IMG/VR virus record: IMGVR_UViG_642973577_000001
Span: 1 to 64,000 of that record
DNA length: 64,000 nucleotides
Reading direction: 5' to 3' (one strand)
Source: a virus
Taxonomy: Duplodnaviria > Caudoviricetes
The notes beneath the pieces were generated by a model, which was given only the letters and a program-made list of their open reading frames with translations, ran no database searches and was not told where the DNA came from. Below, one piece after another: positions 54,750 through 63,960 of the stretch. A program made the position numbers and the translations under genes. Numbering within the stretch: the first letter of the stretch is position 1; the number at the start of each line of letters is the position of its first letter.

Positions 54750-55086
54750 CCCGGACAGCACCCCGCCCGAGTTCCACACTGTCGTGGAGGGGCAGGGCGA
54801 CCTGTCCAACCCCGGCGACACCAGCAACGAGTCGGTGAACGCCTACAACAAGCGCACCAACGTGCCGGTGACCGAGATCCGGGGCATCAAGAACCGTCCC
54901 GACCTGCCTGGCCCGCCGAATGACGGCCCGGACCTGATCACGTCCAACGACCGCATCCGCCGTCGCAAGGGCAACCCGGACTGGAAGGCACCGGACTACC
55001 GGATCGAGACCGCTCGCGAGCGCGACACCGACCTGTCGGCGATCGTGCCGCGCAGCAACGAGTCCAGCCCGGTCCCAACCATCTGA
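54727..55086 (+). CDS. Hypothetical virion-region protein
   Basis: GAGGAG RBS; NRPDLPGPP. Confidence 0.7.
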   Translation: MALVVPNSPDSTPPEFHTVVEGQGDLSNPGDTSNESVNAYNKRTNVPVTEIRGIKNRPDLPGPPNDGPDLITSNDRIRRRKGNPDWKAPDYRIETARERDTDLSAIVPRSNESSPVPTI

Positions 55087-55164
55087 TGGACTTCTTCCAG
55101 CACGGGTGGTGGTTTCCTGCGCTCATGGGCGTGGTACTCGCCTATGTACTGGCAGCGCCAGTGA

Positions 55165-55201
55165 TCCTGCCGAAGCGTAGCGTTGAAGCAGGAAGAGGTA
55201 G
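55165..55201 (+). promoter_or_regulatory. Putative late promoter
   Basis: TCCTG-N22-GAAGAGGTAG. Confidence 0.6.
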
Positions 55202-55211
55202 AGGAGGCGTC

Positions 55212-55967
55212 ATGGACACCATCGCCCGTTGGGTGGTTCTCGGTCTTGGTCGTCTCACCTACGCCGCCTTTCGACTGTTCGAGAAACTAGGAGTAGACAT
55301 GGCCAAGATCGACGAGGAACTCGCACGCCTCAACCGCAACGTCGCCGCCAAGCTGGCCGACGCTCAGGCCGCTGTGCAGAAGGCCCAGGACGAAGCCGCC
55401 AAGGTGAAGGCCGACGACGCCGCCGAGGACGCCGCCCAGATCCAGTCCGCCGTGGACGCGGCGCTGGCCGAGGCCGCGACCAAGATCCAGGAGGCCGCTG
55501 ACGCCGTGGGCGATCCGGCCACCGCGCCGGAGACCGCTCCGGGTCCGGTAGCCGACCCGCTGCCGCCGGTCGACGAGCCGACCGATCCGGTTCCGCCGGT
55601 CGATCCCGTCGGCGCGACCAACCCGGAGGACCCGACCACCGCACCGGCTGACGCCCCTGACGTGAGCGGAGACGCCCCGGCGACCGACGCTCCGGCCACC
55701 GACGTCCCGGCAGCCGAGATCACCGACCCGGTGCCCGCCGACCCGGCAGCTGACCCGGTGGACGCTGGCACGCTGCCCGCCGAGACCCCGGTCGTCAAGG
55801 CCGGTAACGTCACCGCCGACGGCGACGTCCGCGACACCGCCACGGTCACCGAGGCAGGCAGCCTGCCCGAGGACCAGTCGGTCGTCCCGGTCACCGAGGG
55901 TGACGGCACCGACGCCACCGACGCTCCGGCTGTCAACGGCGGCAGCCCGGACGGCACCGGTCGCTAA
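55212..55967 (+). CDS. Coiled-coil plus Pro/Ala/Asp-rich protein
   Basis: GAGGAGG RBS; alternative in-frame starts at 55086 and 55299. Confidence 0.7.
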   Translation: MDTIARWVVLGLGRLTYAAFRLFEKLGVDMAKIDEELARLNRNVAAKLADAQAAVQKAQDEAAKVKADDAAEDAAQIQSAVDAALAEAATKIQEAADAVGDPATAPETAPGPVADPLPPVDEPTDPVPPVDPVGATNPEDPTTAPADAPDVSGDAPATDAPATDVPAAEITDPVPADPAADPVDAGTLPAETPVVKAGNVTADGDVRDTATVTEAGSLPEDQSVVPVTEGDGTDATDAPAVNGGSPDGTGR

Positions 55968-55989
55968 CCCGAACGAGGAGTAGAACGTC

Positions 55990-56193
55990 ATGACCATGGT
56001 CATCAACCGGGAGTACGGCGCGCCGCCGCAGTACCCCACGTCGTCGATGGTGCCCGCCGAGTACTGGCGCAAGCAGCCCGACGGCATTGCGAACAACCCG
56101 CAGACCATCAGCGTGGAGGTCGCCCCCGGCGTCCTGGAGAAGCGCGAAGTGGAGCGGGGCTGGGAGCACCCTGTGACGTTCGACTCCGACTAG
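55990..56193 (+). CDS. Hypothetical protein
   Basis: GAGGAG RBS. Confidence 0.7.
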   Translation: MTMVINREYGAPPQYPTSSMVPAEYWRKQPDGIANNPQTISVEVAPGVLEKREVERGWEHPVTFDSD

Positions 56194-56289
56194 TAGATCT
56201 GCCATCGTAGCTGCTACGATGGAGTTTCTTCCCGTGGGTGGGAAGCGGGCGAAAGCCCCCTGCTAAGCTGAGGTGCATCAGCGAAGCGC

Positions 56290-56325
56290 GAGAACCCCGG
56301 CCTCTCACTAGGCCGGGGTTCTTTG
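56290..56325 (+). terminator. Intrinsic terminator
   Basis: AGAACCCCGGCCT...AGGCCGGGGTTCT-TT. Confidence 0.75.
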
Positions 56326-56426
56326 CATTCTGGGGGTTGACCGGCCTTGCACTAAAGGTGTAGTACATGCACAATGGGGTTATAGAAGACGTAAGAGGCG
56401 TTTTCACCCCACCAGAGGAGACCGGC

Positions 56427-56666
56427 ATGGACACCTACATGGTGACTCTCGCCGATCGCGAGGGTAAGGACCAGCGCGTTCTCGTGAACGTGCCGTCCCA
56501 CAACACCGAGGACGACGTTCGGGAGTTCATCCTGCGTCCGGGCCTCAAGGCCACCGACGGCAGCGAGATCACGCTGACCGCCCCGTCGGTCATCGGCATC
56601 CGCAAGCTGCACATCCGCCGTCCGGTCAAGACGGCCTGGCAGTCGATGCAGAAGGCTTCCGCCTAG
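56427..56666 (+). CDS. Hypothetical protein
   Basis: GAGGAG RBS. Confidence 0.65.
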   Translation: MDTYMVTLADREGKDQRVLVNVPSHNTEDDVREFILRPGLKATDGSEITLTAPSVIGIRKLHIRRPVKTAWQSMQKASA

Positions 56667-56669
56667 TCC

Positions 56670-56705
56670 TTGCACGGTTCTGTTCTAGCGTGCTAGAATA
56701 GAATC
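56670..56705 (+). promoter_or_regulatory. SigA-type TTCTAG promoter, leaderless
   Basis: TTGCAC-N18-TAGAAT-N6-ATG. Confidence 0.85.
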
Positions 56706-56960
56706 ATGAGCAATCGACAGGGCATCCACTTCCACGCCGACGGTCGCGTCTTTGCCAACGGCACCGTCTTCCACCCGCTGCGCGAGGACTACTGGCGCAC
56801 CGAGGACGGTCGCTTCGAGCTGACCAACCAGCCGTTCGAGGGTGAAGACGACTGGGGTGTGTGGGACACTGTGCGCGACGAATGGACGCACGTGGCCGAG
56901 TCCACCGGCTTCGACACCAAGACCGAGGCCGTCGCCGCGTTCATCCGCTCGCAGTCCTGA
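56706..56960 (+). CDS. Hypothetical protein
   Basis: Leaderless MSN start. Confidence 0.75.
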   Translation: MSNRQGIHFHADGRVFANGTVFHPLREDYWRTEDGRFELTNQPFEGEDDWGVWDTVRDEWTHVAESTGFDTKTEAVAAFIRSQS

Positions 56961-56973
56961 GTCCCACCCCGGC

Positions 56974-57000
56974 AAGCCCCCGACTTCGGTCGGGGGTTTT
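56974..57000 (+). terminator. Intrinsic terminator with UUCG loop
   Basis: CCCCCGAC-TTCG-GTCGGGGG-TTTT. Confidence 0.85.
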
Positions 57001-57014
57001 GTCGTTGCAGGGTG

Positions 57015-57050
57015 TTGCGCTCTTTCCTTCTAGCGTGCTATACTAAATGC
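57015..57050 (+). promoter_or_regulatory. SigA-type TTCTAG promoter, leaderless
   Basis: TTGCGC-N18-TATACT-N6-ATG. Confidence 0.85.
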
Positions 57051-57344
57051 ATGAGCAACGCCACCGCCCCCGCCGCCCTTGTCTCCATCTCCGTTCACAC
57101 CGCCGACGGTGCCTACTACATCGCCCCGACCGCCACCGTCGCCGAGGGCATTCTCGACGGCATGATGGACGCCCAGCGCCACTACGGCCAGATCTCCTGG
57201 GAGGAGATCACCATGGGCTACGCCCGTGGCCGCGTCGTCGCCCCGAACCACCCGCAGTTCGCGCAGCACATGCGGGTCCAGGTCCTCCCCTCGAACCTGC
57301 CCATGGTCGAGGAGGACGCCATCCTCAACTGGTTCGACGAGTAG
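57051..57344 (+). CDS. Hypothetical protein
   Basis: Leaderless MSN start. Confidence 0.75.
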   Translation: MSNATAPAALVSISVHTADGAYYIAPTATVAEGILDGMMDAQRHYGQISWEEITMGYARGRVVAPNHPQFAQHMRVQVLPSNLPMVEEDAILNWFDE

Positions 57345-57349
57345 GCCGA

Positions 57350-57395
57350 CCCTGCCAGCACCCTCCCCACCTCCCAGAAGAGGTGAGGAGGGTGT
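57350..57395 (+). promoter_or_regulatory. Putative late promoter within an RBS-sequestering hairpin
   Basis: CCCTG-N22-GAAGAGGTGA; CACCCTCCCCACCTC pairs with GAGGTGAGGAGGGTG. Confidence 0.65.
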
Positions 57396-57401
57396 TGTCG
57401 T

Positions 57402-57896
57402 ATGACCATGGCGGATGTCTTCAACGAGGTCGAACTCGACCCGTTTGGCTATGCCGCACGCCCCGACCTGTTCGTGCGCAACCTGACGCGCCAGCCGATC
57501 ACCTTCAACCTGGGCAAGATCCGCTGGCTGCTGGAGGCCAAGGGCAACGTCGGCGACGAGCAGCCGCTGCCCTGGACGGTGGCCAAGTCCTCCGGCTTCG
57601 AGCGCGTCTGGGAGCGCGGCGACGTCGAGGTGGCGATCGACCCCGACTTCCAGAACGTCATCGAGGTCCTGCCAGGTGTGGGGTCTGTCTTCCGGCCCTA
57701 CGTGCACGTGCAGAGCACCCCTCAGGCAGTGACCACGATCAAGCATGACCACAGCCGCCCTGGCCCGGTCATGGCAGCCCTGTACTCGCTCGACGGCGAG
57801 ATCGAGTACTTCAACTTCACCGTCGAGATGGTGGACAAGAACACCTGCCGCATCGCCGCCGACGACCCCATCGCCTTCATCGCCACGGTGTTCTGA
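57402..57896 (+). CDS. Virion structural protein
   Basis: Late motif; C-terminal YVHVQ...IKH beta domain. Confidence 0.65.
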   Translation: MTMADVFNEVELDPFGYAARPDLFVRNLTRQPITFNLGKIRWLLEAKGNVGDEQPLPWTVAKSSGFERVWERGDVEVAIDPDFQNVIEVLPGVGSVFRPYVHVQSTPQAVTTIKHDHSRPGPVMAALYSLDGEIEYFNFTVEMVDKNTCRIAADDPIAFIATVF

Positions 57897-57911
57897 GGAG
57901 AGAACTGACAC

Positions 57912-58817
57912 ATGACCGCACGCCTGTCTGCTTCGCAGCAGAACATGAACTCCAAGAAGATCATCAACGTCGGTGCTCCCTCGGACCCCAACGACGCCGC
58001 CCGTAAGACCGACGTCGACACCGCGTACACCAACGCCATCAGCCGCGCCAACCACGTCGGCACCCAGCTGGCCGCGACCATCTCAAACTTCGATACTCAG
58101 GTGCGCACCAGCCGCTTGGACCAGATGGCCGCGCCGACCAACCCGGTGGCCTTCAACACCCAGCGCGCCACCGGCCTGGCAGACCCGACCGCTCCGCAGG
58201 ACTCGGCGACCAAGGCCTACGTGGATGCCCAGCTGGCGGGCCTGGTCTCCGGCCAGACGCTCAAGGGCGCGGTGCGGGTGTCGACCAACGCCAACATCAA
58301 CATCTCCAGCCCCGGCGCGACCATCGACGGCGTGAACCTGGTGGCAGGCGACGTGGTGCTGCTCTACGGCCAGACCACGGGCACCCAGAACGGCCCGTAC
58401 GTGTGGAACGGCGCTGCGGTGGCCATGACCCGTGCGGCCAACTGGGACAGCAACGCAGAGGCCGTTCTGGGCAGCTACTGGATCGTGCGTGAGGGCAGCC
58501 GTGCCGACACCTTCGCGGTGATGAGCAACGACACCGCCTTCACGTTGGGCACCTCGGTCCTGAGTGTCGTGCACATGTCGAGCACCCCGGCGGGCGGTAT
58601 CGCCTTCGAGGCCGACATCGGCGACGGCTCGGCCACGGCCTTCACCCTGACCCACAACTTCGGCACCAAGGCCGTGGGCGTGGTCGTCTGGCGCAACGCC
58701 AGCCCGTTCGACGAGATCACGGTCTACGTGAGCCGTCCGACGGTCAACACCGTCACCATCGAGCCTGACGAGGTGTGGTCGGCTGGCCAGTACCACGCGG
58801 TCGTCTGGAAGCTGTAA
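57912..58817 (+). CDS. Structural fibre/head-decoration-like protein
   Basis: DAATKxYVD-type repeats, IDGV...QNGPY, IGDG...THNFGT. Confidence 0.7.
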   Translation: MTARLSASQQNMNSKKIINVGAPSDPNDAARKTDVDTAYTNAISRANHVGTQLAATISNFDTQVRTSRLDQMAAPTNPVAFNTQRATGLADPTAPQDSATKAYVDAQLAGLVSGQTLKGAVRVSTNANINISSPGATIDGVNLVAGDVVLLYGQTTGTQNGPYVWNGAAVAMTRAANWDSNAEAVLGSYWIVREGSRADTFAVMSNDTAFTLGTSVLSVVHMSSTPAGGIAFEADIGDGSATAFTLTHNFGTKAVGVVVWRNASPFDEITVYVSRPTVNTVTIEPDEVWSAGQYHAVVWKL

Positions 58818-58820
58818 CCG

Positions 58821-61682
58821 ATGACGGCGCGGGAAGTTACCAGCCATCTCGACGTCCCGCAGACCCCTACCGCACCAGGTCACGCAGCCTCCAAGAAGTA
58901 CGTTGACGACCAGATCGCGGGCGTGGTCTCCGGGTCGGTCTCGATGGACTCCATCGACGGCCTGATCCCGGCACTCAACGCCAAGATGGACAAGTCCTTG
59001 GTCGACGCCAAGGGTGACATCCTGATCGGCACCGCCGACAACACCCCCGGACGCCTGGCGGTCGGCACCAACGGACAGGTCCTCAAGGCCAACAGCGGAG
59101 CCACCAACGGCCTGGAGTGGGGCAACCTGGACAAGGCCGCTGTGGGCCTGGCCAACGTCGACAACACCTCCGACGCGGCCAAGCCGATCAGCACCGCCCA
59201 GGCCGCAGGACTGCAGGCCCGGTTCATGACCGGCACCTCCCCTACGGCCCAGACGACCGTGGCCAAGACGGTCAGCCTGGACAGCCCCTGGACCAGCATC
59301 ACCCCGGCGGCGGGCGACTGGCTGCTGATCCGCTACACCAACGGCGCGGTCGCTTCCGGTATGACGCTGGCCGTCAACGGCGGCACCGCTCGCGCCGTGC
59401 GTGGCCCGGACGGCAGCACCTCGAACCTGGCCATCCGCGTGGGCACCAACCAGGCGATGCTGTACTACTTCGACGGCACCTACTTCCAGCAGATGGGTGC
59501 CAGCCGCAACGACACCTACGCCGCCATCACGCAGGCGCAGATTGTCAACGCCGCCGACACCACGGCCACCCTGATCACCGGCCAGCGCGCCGAGGACCTG
59601 ATGGCTAACGAGGCCACCAAGACGCGCACGCTGCAGAACAAGACGATCAACGGCGCGAACAACACCCTGGTCGTCCCGCAGAGCCAGGTCACCAACCTGA
59701 CCGCCGACCTGGGCAACAAGGCCGACGCCGCCCCGACAGCATCCGGCGACGTGCTGAACAAGCAGACGCTGCAGACTCACCCCGAGGCGGGTGTGTTCAG
59801 CAACATCACCCACACCCTCAACGACCTGTCGTTCAATGACCTGCGCGGCGGCTCGGTCACCTACTCGCTCAACGGCGCGCCGACGGTCCCCGGCAGCATG
59901 GGACCCAACGCCCCGTTCCGCAACAACGTCGAGTTCGCAGGCATCCTGATCGGTGCCGCCAACGACGTCGTGGTGATCGAGGTGACCACCCACAAGGCCT
60001 TCCGGTACACCTGCTGGTGCGGCATCGTCATGTCGACCAACTGGGCCGCTCGCGACGTCACCATGGAGGTCTACGACACCAACGCGGGCGTCTGGCGGCA
60101 GATCTATCAGGCGCTCGGCGCGGTCAACGAGGGCATCCACCAGGCCAACGCGGCGGGCCAGGTCCCCGGCGGCAACGACATCACCAAGATCCGCTACACC
60201 CTGACCAACTTCGCCACGCCGGGGCAGACCTTCCGCATCACCAGCCTGTTCCTGATCAACTACGCCTCCGGCCTGCTCACCGAGGGCTTCCTGCCCCGCG
60301 ACGGCGGCGCGATCTACGGACCCATCACCACGCCGACCAACCCGGCCACGGCGGACGCGCTGGCCCGCAAGGGCTACGTCGACACCAAGGAGCCAGCCAT
60401 CGCGGCGGGCACCACCGACAAGTTCTGGCGCGGCGACAAGACCTGGCAAACGATCCCGATCCCCACGCGGGCCAGCCTGGGCATCGAGAACGTCGACAAC
60501 ACCAGCGACATCAACAAGCCGGTGAGCACGGCGCAGGCCGCTGCCATCAGCACCGCCGTCACCAATGAGCGCACAGCCGCCCGGACGCTGACGAACGCCA
60601 CGATCCGGTACAACGAAAACACCCTGATCGACATCCCGGCTGCGTACGAGGAGAACCTGTTCCGCACCAGCCTGTACACGGTGTCGCCGGAGTCGCGGGA
60701 CTTCACCCACATCCCGCACTTCTTCAACGACGTCGCCTACAACCTGGAACGCGGCGGCACGGTCACGGTGACCAAGAACGGCAGCATTCCTGTCGTCCAG
60801 GACTTCTCGAACTTCTTCTCGCCCGACGTCGCCAGCGTCAACCTCGGCGTGACCGATCCGGCCACCGACGTCTGGGTCATCGAGATCAATCTGTGCCGTG
60901 GCTTCGACTGGGTGGCCTGGTTCGGCATCGCCCAGCACCCGAACTACCGCGCCCGCGACATCAAGCTGGAGCGGTTCAACGTGACCAGCAACGCCTGGAC
61001 CACGGTCTTCGACGTCCAGAATCAGGGCACGGGCGTCACCAAGTGGCAGGACTCCGGGTGGGGCGGCAGCGATGCCGTGACCAAGCTCCGCTACACGCTC
61101 AAGAACCTGGTCACCACCGACTTCCGTATCACCAATCTGTTCGCCCTGGCCTACGACTCGCAGCTGCTCAGCAGCGGCTTCGTGCCCAAGGGTGGCGGCG
61201 AGCTGTACGGACCGCTGAGCTACGGCCAGAGTCCCACCTCACCCGAGCACCTGGCGAACAAGGACTACGTGGACGACGCCATCGCGCTGGCGGCTCCAGA
61301 GCGCACCTGGGCACCTGAAATGGTGATCAACTCCGGGGCGCTGGCTGACGGCTACAACGACATGCCAGGCGGCATCTCGGTCGAGCCTGGTCCGAACGCC
61401 AACGGTGTCTTCCTGGACTCGGTGTGGGTCCGCCTGGGTAGCATCGGCTCGACTGTGGGCACCGGCTCGGCGCTGTTCAGCGTCTATGTTGGCACCAAGA
61501 ACACCCAGGGCACGCTGGTCTCCTCGGTCACCCTGCCGGTCGGCAGCCAGGACCAGGTAGCTGTGCTGGGCACCCCGTACTCGTGTGCGGCCAACGCCGT
61601 CGTGCGCGTCTACGTGACCGTCGGTACCGCCGTGATCACCGGCCCGGTCCACTTCCAGTGCCGAGGGAGGTACAAGGGCTAA
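58821..61682 (+). CDS. Tail-fibre/receptor-binding-like protein with duplicated domain
   Basis: NVDNTSD..KP.STA and K.YVD repeats; two homologous ~180-aa domains. Confidence 0.75.
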   Translation: MTAREVTSHLDVPQTPTAPGHAASKKYVDDQIAGVVSGSVSMDSIDGLIPALNAKMDKSLVDAKGDILIGTADNTPGRLAVGTNGQVLKANSGATNGLEWGNLDKAAVGLANVDNTSDAAKPISTAQAAGLQARFMTGTSPTAQTTVAKTVSLDSPWTSITPAAGDWLLIRYTNGAVASGMTLAVNGGTARAVRGPDGSTSNLAIRVGTNQAMLYYFDGTYFQQMGASRNDTYAAITQAQIVNAADTTATLITGQRAEDLMANEATKTRTLQNKTINGANNTLVVPQSQVTNLTADLGNKADAAPTASGDVLNKQTLQTHPEAGVFSNITHTLNDLSFNDLRGGSVTYSLNGAPTVPGSMGPNAPFRNNVEFAGILIGAANDVVVIEVTTHKAFRYTCWCGIVMSTNWAARDVTMEVYDTNAGVWRQIYQALGAVNEGIHQANAAGQVPGGNDITKIRYTLTNFATPGQTFRITSLFLINYASGLLTEGFLPRDGGAIYGPITTPTNPATADALARKGYVDTKEPAIAAGTTDKFWRGDKTWQTIPIPTRASLGIENVDNTSDINKPVSTAQAAAISTAVTNERTAARTLTNATIRYNENTLIDIPAAYEENLFRTSLYTVSPESRDFTHIPHFFNDVAYNLERGGTVTVTKNGSIPVVQDFSNFFSPDVASVNLGVTDPATDVWVIEINLCRGFDWVAWFGIAQHPNYRARDIKLERFNVTSNAWTTVFDVQNQGTGVTKWQDSGWGGSDAVTKLRYTLKNLVTTDFRITNLFALAYDSQLLSSGFVPKGGGELYGPLSYGQSPTSPEHLANKDYVDDAIALAAPERTWAPEMVINSGALADGYNDMPGGISVEPGPNANGVFLDSVWVRLGSIGSTVGTGSALFSVYVGTKNTQGTLVSSVTLPVGSQDQVAVLGTPYSCAANAVVRVYVTVGTAVITGPVHFQCRGRYKG

Positions 61683-62509
61683 TGCCATGCGGAGTCACTA
61701 GGGTCACCAATGGAGTGACCATCACCTGCGACAACGCAGGAACGAGCACCCACGCGGGCCTGCACTCCGGCCTGCTGAACTACACCTTCTTCGGTCGCGT
61801 CTGGAGCAGCACGCGGGTCTACTGGTCGGGCGCTGTTTCGCGGGTGGTGGCCCAGAAGCCCGCCGTGCTCGGCGAGAGCGACTTCGTGATGCCATCCAAC
61901 CAGGGCACCGTCACCCAGGTCACCGGCATCACCGGAGCCGGTACGGCGGCGATCGACGAGACCACCCCTATCCAGATCCCCGGCCCGTACACCTTCGACC
62001 CGGAGAGCAACTGGAACTACCTGGACTACATCATCTGCGGCTCCGGCGGCGGAGGACACGGCGGTAACGGCGGCAATGGCCAGGACGGCTACGGTGGCCG
62101 CGCTGGCACCTGGCTCACCGGCACGCTGACCAAGGGCACACACATTCATGCGGTGCCCCAGATCAGCGGCGTCCTCGGCGACGGCGGCGCTGGTTCTCCC
62201 AGCAAGGAGAAGGCCGGTTACGACGGCGAGGCGACCACATTCACCTACCTGGACCCCGCAGGCGTGCGCCAGACCATCACCGTGCCCGGTGGCCTCAAGG
62301 GACCCGGCTACGGCACCAACACAGGCCTGTCGCCAGGAAACCAGACCTACAACGGCGTCACCTACGAGGGCGGCGCGACCGCTGGCGAAGAGGTTCTGGG
62401 CAAGGCACCTGGCGGAGGTGGCGGAGGTGGCCACGGTGGTCTGTGGACCGACGGCGGACCCGGCAAGAAGGGCGGTAGGGCACAGATCTGGTTCCGGGTG
62501 CGCACGTGA
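61682..62509 (+). CDS. Gly-rich minor tail protein
   Basis: GGGGG and G..PGGGGGG motifs. Confidence 0.75.
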   Translation: MPCGVTRVTNGVTITCDNAGTSTHAGLHSGLLNYTFFGRVWSSTRVYWSGAVSRVVAQKPAVLGESDFVMPSNQGTVTQVTGITGAGTAAIDETTPIQIPGPYTFDPESNWNYLDYIICGSGGGGHGGNGGNGQDGYGGRAGTWLTGTLTKGTHIHAVPQISGVLGDGGAGSPSKEKAGYDGEATTFTYLDPAGVRQTITVPGGLKGPGYGTNTGLSPGNQTYNGVTYEGGATAGEEVLGKAPGGGGGGGHGGLWTDGGPGKKGGRAQIWFRVRT

Positions 62510-63960
62510 GCAGGATGATCACCAGAGGGATGGGAGGCGGCGGCGCGTATCCCCGCAATCTGTTCATCGGCGCGACAGGTGCCGAGGACACCTCGTGTCC
62601 GCTCCCGGATCACCAGATGTGGGACGTCATCATCGTGTTCGCTTTCCGCGACACCGCCGCGACTCAGCCGACGCTGCCAGCTGGCTTCACCGAGATCCCG
62701 GCGGCGGGCAAGAGCGGCAACACCTGCGCCTCCCGTGTCGGCTGGAAGTGGGCGGCAGGCAGCTCTGAGACCAGCGGAACCTGGACCGGTGCCACTCTGG
62801 TCATGGCGCAGGTCTGGCGCACCTCCGGTATTCCGGGCGCGGCCAACGGTCTGAACGGCACGTCGGCCACAGTTAACTACCCGGCGCTAACCTTCCAGCA
62901 GACCAACGGGCGCGCTGCGCTAGTGGCCTTCGGCGCACACCGCAGCTTCAACGCCACGATGAATGTCGCGCCTGGCACCTTGAGTCCCGGTGGCGCGGTC
63001 GAGGGTGCGGCTAACGACGGCGCATCCTTCTACGGCCTGCAGCGGTCCACGTGGGCCAGCACCAACGCAGTGACCACGGAGACCTCTAGCGGATACTGCA
63101 CAGCAGTCATCGAGCTGGGAGACCCTCTGATCTGGGAGAACGTCAGCGTCAGCAACTTCCCGACGCCTCCGGGCAAGGACGCCATCGTCACCGCGATCGG
63201 TGGTGGCGGTGGAGGTGCCGGTGCTCCCCCACGCAACGGCTCCACCCGGCCATCGGGTTACGGCGGCGGTGGTGGTGGTGGTGGAGGCTACTACAAGATC
63301 CGCATCCCGGCTGCCTACATCGCGACCGGCATCACCATGGCTCAAGGTGCCGGTGGAGCAGCCGTCGGTACTGGCACCAACGGCAACGCGGGCGGGGCGT
63401 CCGGTGTGGTGTCCAACGGCATCACCTGGGCCGCGCTGGGCGGTAGCGGCGGCACACAGGGCATGGACCCTCTGGGTGGCGCTGGCGGCGGTACCAGCAT
63501 CCCCGGAGAAGGCACTGTGGTGCCCGTACTCGCCAAGGAGAACGGTGCAGGTGGCGGACGCGGGTCGACGAGCCAGGCGACCGCTGGAGCGGGCACCAAC
63601 AGCACCCTGGCCGGTGCCGGTGGTGGTGGTGGTGGATCGAACCTCACCAACGTCTACAACGGCGGCAACGGCGGCAGCTCGGCCAACGCCGCTGGTGGTG
63701 CTGGCGGTGTAGGCAACGCCGACGCTGGTGATCCCGGTGGCAACGTGACCGACCTCGGACCATTCGGTGGTGGTGGCGGCGGTGGTGGTGCCGGTGGCTC
63801 TGGCTCCAGCACCGCCGGTCGAGGCGCTCTTGGTGGCGCATGGGGCGGTGGCGGCGGTGGCGGCGGCGGTAAGGAAGGCTCGTTCTCCGGTGCAGCTAAC
63901 GGCGCTAACGGTGGTCAGGTCGGATACGTTCGGGTCGAGTTCGTGGATGCAGCGGCCTAA
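62506..63960 (+). CDS. Gly-rich minor tail protein
   Basis: N-terminal beta domain plus Gly-rich C-terminal domain. Confidence 0.75.
   Translation: MSRMITRGMGGGGAYPRNLFIGATGAEDTSCPLPDHQMWDVIIVFAFRDTAATQPTLPAGFTEIPAAGKSGNTCASRVGWKWAAGSSETSGTWTGATLVMAQVWRTSGIPGAANGLNGTSATVNYPALTFQQTNGRAALVAFGAHRSFNATMNVAPGTLSPGGAVEGAANDGASFYGLQRSTWASTNAVTTETSSGYCTAVIELGDPLIWENVSVSNFPTPPGKDAIVTAIGGGGGGAGAPPRNGSTRPSGYGGGGGGGGGYYKIRIPAAYIATGITMAQGAGGAAVGTGTNGNAGGASGVVSNGITWAALGGSGGTQGMDPLGGAGGGTSIPGEGTVVPVLAKENGAGGGRGSTSQATAGAGTNSTLAGAGGGGGGSNLTNVYNGGNGGSSANAAGGAGGVGNADAGDPGGNVTDLGPFGGGGGGGGAGGSGSSTAGRGALGGAWGGGGGGGGGKEGSFSGAANGANGGQVGYVRVEFVDAAA

Noticed and set aside
33610-60938. Very long minus-strand ORFs (e.g. 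33610-36576, 42612-46712, 46886-49645, 58083-60938)
   Set aside because: Antisense shadows of high-GC3 plus-strand genes; no RBS, promoter or recognisable domains
62040-63900. GGT/GGC tandem repeats
   Set aside because: Explained by poly-Gly coding in minor tail proteins
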